32,000 nt of DNA from Synechocystis sp. PCC 6803 substr. PCC-P. Lineage in GTDB: Bacteria > Cyanobacteriota > Cyanobacteriia > Cyanobacteriales > Microcystaceae. The notes under the pieces were generated by a model. The model searched no databases and had not been told where the DNA came from. It saw only the letters and a list, made by a program, of their open reading frames with translations. The stretch spans positions 360,001-392,000 of the forward strand of contig NC_017039.1 of assembly GCF_000284455.1 (NCBI RefSeq), in the 5' to 3' direction. This document shows positions 9,149-18,990 of this stretch, piece after piece (within the stretch, counting starts at the first letter, position 1; each line of letters begins with the position of its first letter). Both the position numbers and the translations under genes were made by a program.

Positions 9149-10219
9149 ATGAATCCAATAGTAAAAGCTCCCACTCTTAATGATTTGCCAGCTCCCCCAC
9201 CGGGTAAAACAGGCTGGCCCTGGACAGAGCAAAATGAAGCTTTACCGGAAAAAATGCCTGATGGTTCGGATTGGCCAAAAATCAGTATTGTTACTCCTAG
9301 TTATAACTATGGTCAGTTTATCGAAGAAACTATTCGTTCTGTTTTACTACAAGGCTATCCTAACCTTGAGTACATAGTCGTTGACGGTGGTTCGACAGAT
9401 AACACAGTTACAATTATTCGAAAATACGAAAAATATTTGAAATACTGGGCAAGTGAGCCCGATCATGGACAAACAGATGCTATTAATAAGGGGTATCGTT
9501 ATTGTTCAGGAGACGTGTTTGCCTGGCTCAACGCCGACGATCTCTACTATGATCAATCTACACTTTTGAAAGTTATCAACTTTTATCAAAAAGGATACGA
9601 TTTAATTGTTGGTGAATGTCTAAATATTAATGCTGATGGAACCCATTTTAATCAAGCAATTACATCCACAGAAAAATCAGATCCCACTTATTTCAAAAAA
9701 TATCTTCGATATTGGTCGTCTGGCTTTTTGCCACAGCCAGCAATCTTTGTAAAAAAAGAAATGGCAGACCAATGTTTTCCACTAAGTATAGAGCTATACT
9801 ACGCCATGGATTTTCAATTTTTTCTAAGAGTCTTAAATCAAGAACCTAAGTCAGTTTGGATTCAAGAAAAACTAACTCGACTCAGATGGCATGAGGACAG
9901 TAAAACCATGGGAACAATATCACGAATAGACTTTCATGCAATAGTGCCAGAACCGGAGGTGCATAAAGTAGCTCTAGCAGAAGCTGAAAATTTACCAACT
10001 TGGCTGGAAAAAATATTTTTTCGAATCCAAGCATTTGATTATCTCTCTCTCCAACCTTATATAAATTCCTTGGACAATTTTCATTGGTTACAAATTACTA
10101 AAACCATTGTTAAAAGACCTACCCTGGCTGTTTGGCCATTATTTTGGAAAATATTTTTTCGATCTTTGCTTGGCGAACAAATTTATAAACTTCTAAAAAG
10201 AACTATTAGGACAAATTAG
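9149..10219 (+). CDS. GT2-family glycosyltransferase
   Basis: ISIVTPSYNYGQFIEETIRSVLLQGYPNLEYIVVDGGSTDNT; EPDHGQTDAINKGYRYCSGDVFAWLNADD. Confidence 0.93.
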   Translation: MNPIVKAPTLNDLPAPPPGKTGWPWTEQNEALPEKMPDGSDWPKISIVTPSYNYGQFIEETIRSVLLQGYPNLEYIVVDGGSTDNTVTIIRKYEKYLKYWASEPDHGQTDAINKGYRYCSGDVFAWLNADDLYYDQSTLLKVINFYQKGYDLIVGECLNINADGTHFNQAITSTEKSDPTYFKKYLRYWSSGFLPQPAIFVKKEMADQCFPLSIELYYAMDFQFFLRVLNQEPKSVWIQEKLTRLRWHEDSKTMGTISRIDFHAIVPEPEVHKVALAEAENLPTWLEKIFFRIQAFDYLSLQPYINSLDNFHWLQITKTIVKRPTLAVWPLFWKIFFRSLLGEQIYKLLKRTIRTN

Positions 10220-10284
10220 TTTAATGGGTTTCTTCAAGAGGCAATCTAATCAATTAATATCCCAAACTTGGTCTACCCAATCTT

Positions 10285-11490
10285 ATGGATAAAAAGCAAT
10301 TAAAAATCTTAATGGTATTACATATGCCTTGGGACGCTAACTTAGGGGGACCCAAACCCCAAATGGAGTTAGCAAAAGAATTCTCTAGACAAGGACATAT
10401 TGTTGAAAAATTTGACTACTATGATGCTTTTCCTGAAATAAAATCCTTGCCACCAAAATTACTATGGCTTTATAGGCTATTTATGCCAAGTTTTTCACAG
10501 AGAGCCAAAGAATATATTCAAAAACATGCTAACTTTTTCGACATAATTGATGCTCAACAGGGTAATTTACCCTTTTCCAAAGAAGAATTAAAATTCAATG
10601 GAACCTTGATTGTAAGAAGCGTTGGATTATATGCTTTTCATCAACAATTTCAAGAGCTTGTGCAAAAAACATGGAACTTATCTGGTAATAACAATGTATT
10701 TAAATTGTTGCTGCGGAAATTACGCAAAATTAAACAGAAAAAGCAAAATCAAAATTATTTATTAAGCTTTCAAAAAGCAGACGGAATAATTTTGATAAAT
10801 TCTGATGAGTTAGCTTATGTTCGTGATGTTTTAAACTTAGGTGACAAATCTGTTTATTTACCAAATGGATTGACAGAAAAACAGCATCAAGATTTTTTCA
10901 GAGAATCTAAATTGCCTAAAATTAGGTTGATGAATCAACAAATTGTTTTTGTCGGTTCTTGGGGGAATGGTAAAGGGGCAAGAGATTGGCCTGCGATTAT
11001 TAATAAGGTTCGAAATAAACTTCCATTTGCTAATTTTTTATTCCTAGGTACAAGTGGATATTCAAGAAGTGGTGTAGAAGGAATCATGAAAGACTTAAAT
11101 TATCCTTCATCAGATTGTCTCAGGATTGTACCAAGTTATAAAAACGCTAATTTGCCAACTCTTCTAAGTGAAGCAACTGTAGGCGCTTTTCCAAGTTATA
11201 TAGAGGGATTTCCTACTTCTATTTTAGAAAAACTGGCATCTGGTTTACCTGTTATTGCTTACGATATTCCAGGTACAAGGGAAGCTTTACGTCGCTTTGA
11301 TAATTTACTATTAGTTCCCGCTGGAGATGTTGAACAATTTAGCCAAAAGCTCATAAACTTACTGTGTCTGGACGAGACAAGCTATACAGAGTTGTCAAAA
11401 CAGTGTGTTGAAGTTGCTCAAAGTTTTGATTGGTCGAGTATTGCCAATGAAACCTTGAATGCTTACCACGATTTTAGGAGTAAACAATGA
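10285..11490 (+). CDS. GT4-family glycosyltransferase
   Basis: LGGPKPQMELAKEFSRQG, VVFVGSWGNGKGARDW, VGAFPSYIEGFPTSILEKLASGLPVIAYDIPGTREAL. Confidence 0.88.
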   Translation: MDKKQLKILMVLHMPWDANLGGPKPQMELAKEFSRQGHIVEKFDYYDAFPEIKSLPPKLLWLYRLFMPSFSQRAKEYIQKHANFFDIIDAQQGNLPFSKEELKFNGTLIVRSVGLYAFHQQFQELVQKTWNLSGNNNVFKLLLRKLRKIKQKKQNQNYLLSFQKADGIILINSDELAYVRDVLNLGDKSVYLPNGLTEKQHQDFFRESKLPKIRLMNQQIVFVGSWGNGKGARDWPAIINKVRNKLPFANFLFLGTSGYSRSGVEGIMKDLNYPSSDCLRIVPSYKNANLPTLLSEATVGAFPSYIEGFPTSILEKLASGLPVIAYDIPGTREALRRFDNLLLVPAGDVEQFSQKLINLLCLDETSYTELSKQCVEVAQSFDWSSIANETLNAYHDFRSKQ

Positions 11491-12509
11491 CCCAGTCTTC
11501 CCCACCCAAAATCTTAGTTACAGGAGGAGCGGGTTATATTGGCTCCAGTGTTGTCCGCCAGCTCGGTGAAGCAGGATACAGCATAGTCGTATATGACAAT
11601 TGTTCGACTGGTTTTCCCAGTTCAATACTCTATGGTCAACTTGTCATTGGCGATCTTGCCGACACCGAACGTCTTCATCAGGTATTTCATGAGCATGAGA
11701 TACTTGCGGTAATGCATTTTGCTGGTAGCTTAATAGTTCCAGAATCTTTAATTCATCCTCTTAACTACTACGCAAACAATACTAGTAACACTCTCAGTTT
11801 AATACGATGTTGTCAGATATTTGGTGTAAACCGACTGATTTTTTCAAGTACTGCTGCTGTTTATGGTAACTCCTCGTCTAATCCCATATCTGAAGCCGAG
11901 ATTCCCTGTCCAATAAATCCCTATGGTCGATCAAAATTAGCCAGTGAATGGATAATTCAAGATTATGCAAAGTCCTCTGCTCTACAATATGTAATTCTAC
12001 GTTACTTTAATGTTGCAGGAGCTGATCCAGAGGGGCGTTTAGGGCAAATGTCGAAGACAACTACCCATTTAGTACGGTCGGTTTGTGACGCAATTCTGAA
12101 TCTTAAACCCTCGCTAGATATTTTTGGCACAGATTTTCCAACCCGTGATGGCACCGCTGTTCGTGACTATATTCACGTAGAAGACTTAGCTAAGGCCCAT
12201 CTAGATGCTCTTCGTTATTTAGAAAACGGGGGAGAAAGTCAAATTCTGAATTGTGGTTATGGTCAAGGCTATAGCGTACGAGAGGTGGTTGATCGAGCTA
12301 AAGCAATCTCTGGGGTTGATTTTTTGGTCAGAGAAACAGAAAGACGTTTGGGCGATCCAGCTTCAGTTATAGCCTGTGCAGACTCTATTCGCCAAGTGTT
12401 AAATTGGACACCAAAGTACAATAACTTAGATATTATTCTTCGCACCGCATTAGCTTGGGAAATTAAACGAAATAATTTAAATAACAGACGTATTCATAAT
12501 ATTATTTGA
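11487..12509 (+). CDS. galE: UDP-glucose 4-epimerase
   Basis: ILVTGGAGYIGSSVVRQL, IFSSTAAVYGNSSSNPISE, NPYGRSKLASEWI, TRDGTAVRDYIHVEDLAKAH; overlaps upstream gene by 4 nt. Confidence 0.93.
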   Translation: MTQSSPPKILVTGGAGYIGSSVVRQLGEAGYSIVVYDNCSTGFPSSILYGQLVIGDLADTERLHQVFHEHEILAVMHFAGSLIVPESLIHPLNYYANNTSNTLSLIRCCQIFGVNRLIFSSTAAVYGNSSSNPISEAEIPCPINPYGRSKLASEWIIQDYAKSSALQYVILRYFNVAGADPEGRLGQMSKTTTHLVRSVCDAILNLKPSLDIFGTDFPTRDGTAVRDYIHVEDLAKAHLDALRYLENGGESQILNCGYGQGYSVREVVDRAKAISGVDFLVRETERRLGDPASVIACADSIRQVLNWTPKYNNLDIILRTALAWEIKRNNLNNRRIHNII

Positions 12510-12795
12510 AAAATATATAACGATTCTGCATAATACTTGAAAAAATATAGAAGTTATTTATCCACCGATTAACCATTAGATTTTCAGATTTGATCGAAGG
12601 TTATTATAGCTATTCTTGACTATCTAATAAATGCATGGAGGTTACTAAACAATTTTCTTAAAACACAAAATTTTCACATGAATTACTTAGCATAAGATTA
12701 AGCAACAAAAATACTTTTTCATCGTCACCAAATTGCACCTAGAAATCAAAATCGTTTATGTTTACTAAACAAATCTTAAAACTATAAATGAGTAT

Positions 12796-13644
12796 TTGTA
12801 TAAAAATATCATGAAAACAACTATTAACGACTACATTGGTCAATTTATCAAAACAACTCCTGAATTTAAAGGTAAATGGAGAATTATTAGATATTGGATG
12901 AATCAAAATAAAGACCATAGAACCAAATATAGAATATTGCCAGGCGGCGAAAAAATCCTATGTGATTTGAGTATTCCTTACGAAGCTATGGTTTACTTAA
13001 AAAGAGAGGAGCAAAAAGACTTAGAATTACTCACTCAATTATTGAAGCCGTCAGATACTTTTGTTGATTGTGGTGCAAATATTGGTATTTGGTCTTTAGT
13101 TGCTGCTTCTAGAGTGAGTTATTCTGGCAAAGTATATGCTTTTGAACCCAATCCATCAACTTTTTAAAAATTATCGGACAATGTATCTTTATCAAGATTT
13201 AAGAATGATATTAATTTGATCTCCCAAGCCGTGGGCAATGAACAAAAAACAGTATTTTTTGAGTGCAATACTACTCATAATATTTCTTGTATTAAAGACA
13301 ATGCAACGCGAGATACACAAGAAGTTTTTTTAACCACAATAGATCAAGTTTTAGACGGAGCTATTGTTAACGGTATTAAAATAGATGTTGAAGGTTTTGA
13401 GCTTGAATGTTTGCAAGGAAGCTACAAGACCTTAATTAGATATCAACCCTGGTTATGTGTCGAATTCAATACTTTGTTAGCCAAAGTCAGCAAGTTGTCA
13501 GAATGGAACGTACATAATTATCTAAAAAAGTTAGGCTATAGATGTCGTCATTTTCACAATGCCCTTGACAAAAGTCAAGAAACTATTTTGTCTGACAATT
13601 GGGAAACGAAAGGCTATTGTAACTTGTTTTATTTCATTGAATAA
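12796..13644 (+). pseudogene. FkbM-family methyltransferase interrupted by one in-frame TAA at 13165-13167
   Basis: ORFs 12796-13167 and 13216-13644 are in the same frame: ...FVDCGANIGIWSLVAA...VYAFEPNPSTF*KLSDNVSLSRFKNDINLISQAVGNEQKTVFF...IKIDVEGFELECLQG. No frameshift is needed to join them. Confidence 0.85.
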
Positions 13645-13653
13645 AAAATAATT

Positions 13654-14511
13654 ATGGTGAATCAACAAGAAGAAATTAATTTAAGTGTTGCTTTAGTGAC
13701 TCGTAATCGTCCTGATAGCTTAGAGCGTTGTTTAAAAAGTTTGCGAGATCAGAAAGTTCAACCTTTTGAAGTCGTGGTTTCAGACGACTCAGATGATTTA
13801 TATAAGAGTTCAACCAAAGAGATTGCTCAAAAATGGGGATGCCGTTACATCGACGGACCAAAGCGGGGACTTTATGCTAATCGTAACTATGTTGCCTTAG
13901 CTTGTTACGGTACTCATATTCGCACAATGGATGATGATCATGAATTTCCTGAACAACATATCGAAGTTTGTTTAAATGCTATTCAGTCAGATCCATCTTC
14001 TATCTGGATTATTGGAGAATATTCGCCAACATCGTCTATCGAAAACGCCCCACATCCCTGTCCTGGTCAATTACATCCTCGTGGTTTTTCTTTCTATCCT
14101 AAAGACACTCAAAATTGTTGGGCGATCGCCGATGGTGCTAGTATTTATCCGAAGAAAATTTTTGCATCAGGTTTAAGATTTGTTGAATACTATAAGTTTG
14201 GTGCTTCTTACTTAGAATGGGGGAGTCGTTTATATTATTTAAGCTATCGCATACGTCATTTAGATTCTACCTATATTATTCATCATTTTAATCCTAAAGC
14301 TCGGTCATTTTCTGACCAAGAAATGGATCAATCATCCAGATTTTTTGCGATGTTATGTCATTCGTTTCTATATCAATCAACTTTTAAAAATAAATGTCTA
14401 TTTTCCTATGAAATTTTGAAGCAATTTATTCTTGACCCAAAATTAACCATTAAATGCATAATAAATTCATGGTCAAATTTCGAATTATTTTCTAGGTCTT
14501 TTTGTGCTTAA
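13654..14511 (+). CDS. GT2-family glycosyltransferase
   Basis: SVALVTRNRPDSLERCLKSLRDQKVQPFEVVVSDDSDD; GPKRGLYANRNYVALACYGTHIRTMDDDHEFP. Confidence 0.88.
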   Translation: MVNQQEEINLSVALVTRNRPDSLERCLKSLRDQKVQPFEVVVSDDSDDLYKSSTKEIAQKWGCRYIDGPKRGLYANRNYVALACYGTHIRTMDDDHEFPEQHIEVCLNAIQSDPSSIWIIGEYSPTSSIENAPHPCPGQLHPRGFSFYPKDTQNCWAIADGASIYPKKIFASGLRFVEYYKFGASYLEWGSRLYYLSYRIRHLDSTYIIHHFNPKARSFSDQEMDQSSRFFAMLCHSFLYQSTFKNKCLFSYEILKQFILDPKLTIKCIINSWSNFELFSRSFCA

Positions 14512-14645
14512 ATTTTAAAGGCTCAAAGTTTTTATTTTGAGCTATATTTAAAATCGAATAAATTTGATATGCATTGGCATGATCATAACACTTATTTTGT
14601 AAAGACTTTGCTTTACCACTTGGATAGTATAACCACTTAAAAACC

Positions 14646-15452
14646 ATGAGAAAAATTTTTTGTCAGAATGATTGGCCTGATAGCTGGAAATATAGTTATC
14701 CATACGATTTATTGGAAGTTTATGGTTCATTAAAGTTTCCTGGTTATGCTTATGCTTATGAAAGCCGAAGAAAGCATACATTAAATTTGATTAAGAGTGT
14801 CGCTAGGCCTGGAGCCAGAATTCTAGATGTAGCTGCGGCACAAGGCAATTTTACGTTAACACTAGCAGAAATGGGATACGAGGTTACTTGGAATGATTTA
14901 CGCGAAGAATTAATTGATTATGTCAAACTAAAATGGGAGTCAGGTACTGTTAACTATGCACCAGGAAATATTTTTGATTTGAATTTTGACGGGCAATTTG
15001 ACGTGGTTTTGATTGCGGAAGTAATCGAACATGTTGCTCATCCTGATAATTTCTTGAAAAATATTGCCAAAATGCTTAAGCCAGATGGTCATATTGTCTT
15101 AAGTACCCCTAATGGAGAGTATTTCAAAAATCATTTACCTAGATTTTCTGACTGTTCTGATCCTAGTCAATATGAAAAAATGCAATTTCAACCAAACTCA
15201 GATGGACATATTTTTTTACTTCATTTAGACGAGGTTGAACAACTAACACATCAAGCAGGATTAGTTATTAAAGAAGCTAGACTGGTGACTAATTCATTAA
15301 CAAATGGCCATATTAAACTACATTATTTATTAAAGTTTTTACCCAAGTCTTGGATTTTAGTTTTTGAAAATGTAACTTGCTCTATGCCCTTATCGATAAA
15401 GCGTAAATTGCACACGACAACCCTTGTTTTGTTGTCGCATAAGAGTGAATAA
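14646..15452 (+). CDS. Class I SAM-dependent methyltransferase
   Basis: GARILDVAAAQGNFTLTLAEMGYEVTWNDL, FDVVLIAEVIEHVAHPDNFLKNIAKMLKPDGHIVLSTPNGE. Confidence 0.9.
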   Translation: MRKIFCQNDWPDSWKYSYPYDLLEVYGSLKFPGYAYAYESRRKHTLNLIKSVARPGARILDVAAAQGNFTLTLAEMGYEVTWNDLREELIDYVKLKWESGTVNYAPGNIFDLNFDGQFDVVLIAEVIEHVAHPDNFLKNIAKMLKPDGHIVLSTPNGEYFKNHLPRFSDCSDPSQYEKMQFQPNSDGHIFLLHLDEVEQLTHQAGLVIKEARLVTNSLTNGHIKLHYLLKFLPKSWILVFENVTCSMPLSIKRKLHTTTLVLLSHKSE

Positions 15453-15469
15453 AAATTCTATAATTTATT

Positions 15470-16432
15470 ATGAAAATAGCATTAATTTCTGGCATATCAG
15501 GACAAGATGGGGCATATTTAGCTCAACTACTAATTGAAAAAAGTTATGCCGTTTGGGGTACGTCAAGGGACGCTCAAATATCCAATTTCCGTAATCTCAA
15601 AATTTTGGGTATCCGGGAGTCTATAAAAGTCGTCTCCATGGCCTTAACAGACTTCCGCAGTGTCTTGCAGGTGGTTTCACAGGTCAACCCCGATGAAATT
15701 TATAACCTTGCCGGACAATCTTCCGTTGGTTTATCCTTTGAACAGCCCGTTGAAACTCTAGAAAGTATCACTATCGGCACCTTAAACCTATTAGAAGTTG
15801 TTCGCTTTTTGGACAAACCAATCAAACTCTACAGCGCTAGTTCTAGTGAATGCTTTGGAGATACAGGCAATTCCGCCGCTGATGAAAATACCGCCTTTCG
15901 TCCTAGGAGTCCCTATGCCGTGGCCAAGTCCGCCGCCTTTTGGCAAGTGGCAAACTATCGAGAAGCGTATAATCTATATGCGTGCTCCGGCATTCTTTTT
16001 AACCATGAATCTCCCTTGCGGCCAGAAAGATTTGTGACTCAAAAAATTATCGCTACTGCGTGTCGTATTGCCCAGGGCAGTCAGGAAAAGCTCTATTTGG
16101 GCAACACCAGCATCAGTCGGGATTGGGGATGGGCTCCAGAGTATGTCGAGGCTATGTACCTAATGCTCCAACAGGCAAAACCAGATGATTATGTCATTGC
16201 CACAGGGGCGAGTTATCTTTTACAGGATTTTGTGGAAATTACTTTCTCTTCATTGGGATTAAACTGGCGGGAGCATGTCATCATCGATCAAAGTTTATTT
16301 CGTCCTACGGATTTGGCAATGGGTAAAGCAAATCCCCGCAAAGCTCAGGAGCAATTGGGGTGGAAAGCAGAGTATAAAACCCCAGACGTGGTAAAAATGA
16401 TGATTAATGCGAGGTCAAATGGGAAATATTGA
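15470..16432 (+). CDS. gmd: GDP-mannose 4,6-dehydratase
   Basis: ALISGISGQDGAYLAQLLIEKSYAVWGTSRD, NLAGQSSVGLSFEQPVET, YSASSSECFGDTGN, RPRSPYAVAKSAAFWQVANYREAYNLYACSGILFNHESPLRPERFVTQKI. Confidence 0.93.
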   Translation: MKIALISGISGQDGAYLAQLLIEKSYAVWGTSRDAQISNFRNLKILGIRESIKVVSMALTDFRSVLQVVSQVNPDEIYNLAGQSSVGLSFEQPVETLESITIGTLNLLEVVRFLDKPIKLYSASSSECFGDTGNSAADENTAFRPRSPYAVAKSAAFWQVANYREAYNLYACSGILFNHESPLRPERFVTQKIIATACRIAQGSQEKLYLGNTSISRDWGWAPEYVEAMYLMLQQAKPDDYVIATGASYLLQDFVEITFSSLGLNWREHVIIDQSLFRPTDLAMGKANPRKAQEQLGWKAEYKTPDVVKMMINARSNGKY

Positions 16433-16484
16433 TACTCACAAAAACAAAGATCGGATATGAGAGTAATCGTTATTCAATTTTGCC

Positions 16485-17639
16485 ATGACAACCTCCCAAT
16501 TAAACCCCGTTGTGACCATTACAGCAAAAACCCATCCCTATGTCTGCGGTGTTGGGGACTATACGGTTAATTTGGTCAAATATTTTAATCAATATCAAGA
16601 CATCGAACTGAGCTTGCTAACTGGTAAAAGTTGTGAATCTTTTCATGGTGAAGTTCCGGTGTTTCCAGTGTTAGAAGGAAATACCCAAAAAGATTATGAA
16701 AAACTATTGAATTTGCTTAATCAAGCATCAGTAAAAATAGTTGTGTTGCAGTACGCTCCCTACCTATACAATTCTCAAGGATATGACCTAAATTTGGTGA
16801 ATTTCTGGAAACAATGTGCCCAGTCTATGCAGACTGTTTTGATAGTTCATGAAACCTATTATTGGTTTTTGCGCTATCCTGGTACCTGGTTTAAAGGGAT
16901 TGTTCAGGCTCATGCACTTAAAGCTTTAGCCTTGTCTAGTGATAGTATCTTTTGTGGCTCTGAGCAATATTCTCGGCAGCTTCAACGCTTAGTTCAAGAT
17001 CAAAAAATAATTTGCTACCTGCCCATTCCAAATAATATTGCTCCAAATATAATTTCATCCCAGCAAAAAGATAATTTACGTCAACAGTTGAATATTTCTC
17101 CAGATAGCTTAGTACTAACTCTGTATGGATGTATTGGTTCTATTCGTAAATCATGGGTGATTAAGTTAGATCGTTATCTCCGTTCCCGTTCTCTGTCCGT
17201 TACTTGGCTTTTCCTAGGAAATGCCCAGTCTCTGAACATATCTTGCACAAATCCTGTAGTTCGTCCTGGCTATCTCTCGGCGGACATTTTGTCTCAATAT
17301 CTGCAAATCAGTACCTTACTGATAATGCCCCATGAATTTGGGGTAAGCGCTAAAAGAGGGTCATTGATGTCTGCCATTGAACATAAACTACCTATCTTAG
17401 GAACTGATGGTGATTTAACTGACTCGTTTTTGAAAGATCAACCAAGTATATTTTTAGTACCTGATGGTATATATTCTAGTTTCCAATCAGAACTGATAAA
17501 AATTTTAAGTATGTTAAGTACAAAATCTGCCTTTGCTGATTTAACTGAAAAAACCTATGCTTATTACCAAGAAAATTTAAGTTGGAGAAACGTTGTTACT
17601 ATACTAAACCAACACGTTCATGCCCACCATAAGAATTAA
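16485..17639 (+). CDS. Glycosyltransferase (GT4-like)
   Basis: THPYVCGVGDYTVNLVKYFNQYQDIELSLLTG and LLIMPHEFGVSAKRGSLMSAIEHKLPILGTDGDLTD; weaker motifs than the other GT4 genes. Confidence 0.75.
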   Translation: MTTSQLNPVVTITAKTHPYVCGVGDYTVNLVKYFNQYQDIELSLLTGKSCESFHGEVPVFPVLEGNTQKDYEKLLNLLNQASVKIVVLQYAPYLYNSQGYDLNLVNFWKQCAQSMQTVLIVHETYYWFLRYPGTWFKGIVQAHALKALALSSDSIFCGSEQYSRQLQRLVQDQKIICYLPIPNNIAPNIISSQQKDNLRQQLNISPDSLVLTLYGCIGSIRKSWVIKLDRYLRSRSLSVTWLFLGNAQSLNISCTNPVVRPGYLSADILSQYLQISTLLIMPHEFGVSAKRGSLMSAIEHKLPILGTDGDLTDSFLKDQPSIFLVPDGIYSSFQSELIKILSMLSTKSAFADLTEKTYAYYQENLSWRNVVTILNQHVHAHHKN

Positions 17640-18951
17640 TAAATTAACGGATCCAGTCGTTTTTCTTCATATCCTATTTTTTTTAATTATTGCCTCCTCT
17701 AGCTTGACTTATTGGAAGATGTCTGATTATGCCGTCAATCAAAGCTGGGATGCTTATTTCTATAAATACAGTGATTACCTAGACTTGGTGCCTACTTGGG
17801 AAAAGATACTTAAAGATGCTTTTTCTCTGGTGTTACTACTGGCAAGCATATATTTCCCCCGAAGAAAAATTCTGGATTTTAGTCCCAATATAAACCTTCA
17901 GAGATATTATCTATCTTTCATCCTACTGTTTTTTTTGTCCCTATCAAACCTTTTTGCCAGTAGAGATGTCACTAATTTAACTCTATTCACCATAGTGGCG
18001 GTGATTAGGCCATTTTTAATTACTGCTTCTTTGCTATTTTTTTGCCATAAGCATCTCAATTTTTTTTATTTCAGAATAATTTTAGAATGCGTAAATATAA
18101 TTGGCATTATTCAGGTTTATCACTCTTTTCTTCAACGCAATAGTGCAATCATCAATAATGGTCTTGATTGGCTACATTCTGGCTCTGCGAGATCCGTCGG
18201 AACTTTTGCCGATCCCAATACCTTAGGACGCTTCTTAGCTCTACTGATAATGGTAAATCTTTTTATGCTTCCGCCTAATATAATTCGTTTTTTCTTAATT
18301 ATAAGTTATGGTATTGCTCTGTTTTTTACAGGGTCGCGAGCATCGTTGTTAATAATTGGCATATTCATTTTGTTATTTGTAGCTATAAAGCTATCTCGTC
18401 AATCCATAGCTTCAACTAGAGCTAAGAACTTAACTTTTGCCTTTTTGCTTACAGTCCCTCTTTTACAATTTCTTCTCTTAAGAATTAACCTTATCAGTAA
18501 CCGTGCAGATGACACTGCATCGCCTTTACAAGACGGTAGATATCATATTCTTTTCAACCTAATTAACCGACTCAATCCTTACGAATTCATTTTTGGCAAC
18601 TATTTAGGTTATGGCTCTAATGCATTGATCCTGACAGGTTATGATGGCAGTAATTTTTTATCTGACTCTACACCAGCATCTTTAATTGGTCAGTTTGGAA
18701 TCACAGGTCTGTTATTATTTATATTGATTGTAATAAACTTATTTAAGCAAACTCCTAGGCATATTAATATAAATAACAGTCAAGACTACCTAGTTCTAAC
18801 AGGAGATTTGCTACAAAGCAGAAATGCCCTATCTTTTTACCTTATTATTTCTTGTTTCACGACGATTATATTCGAGAGCTATGCTGTTATTCCAATTTTA
18901 TTGGGACTAATATTTTATGATAATTTAGATCTTAAAAACATCAAGTTTTAG
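17620..18951 (+). CDS. Multi-pass membrane protein, O-antigen polymerase/ligase (Wzy/WaaL)-like
   Basis: Many hydrophobic segments; GSARSVGTFADPNTLGRFLALLI, IALFFTGSRASLLIIGIFILL, GYGSNALILTG, TPASLIGQFGITGLLLFILI. Start codon is uncertain and it overlaps the upstream gene by 20 nt. Confidence 0.82.
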   Translation: MPTIRINKLTDPVVFLHILFFLIIASSSLTYWKMSDYAVNQSWDAYFYKYSDYLDLVPTWEKILKDAFSLVLLLASIYFPRRKILDFSPNINLQRYYLSFILLFFLSLSNLFASRDVTNLTLFTIVAVIRPFLITASLLFFCHKHLNFFYFRIILECVNIIGIIQVYHSFLQRNSAIINNGLDWLHSGSARSVGTFADPNTLGRFLALLIMVNLFMLPPNIIRFFLIISYGIALFFTGSRASLLIIGIFILLFVAIKLSRQSIASTRAKNLTFAFLLTVPLLQFLLLRINLISNRADDTASPLQDGRYHILFNLINRLNPYEFIFGNYLGYGSNALILTGYDGSNFLSDSTPASLIGQFGITGLLLFILIVINLFKQTPRHININNSQDYLVLTGDLLQSRNALSFYLIISCFTTIIFESYAVIPILLGLIFYDNLDLKNIKF

Positions 18952-18990
18952 CAGTTTTCCTTGAAAGACCCTGGAAGTATTCCCAGCTTT

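Noticed and set aside
12510-12795. AT-rich intergenic region before the FkbM gene as a promoter or ncRNA candidate
   Set aside because: No convincing -10/-35 pair, conserved fold or terminator could be supported by eye; RNA-seq would be needed.
14548-14781. Minus-strand 77-aa ORF upstream of and overlapping the methyltransferase at 14646
   Set aside because: It overlaps the start of a clear methyltransferase and has no recognisable motif or paired partner.
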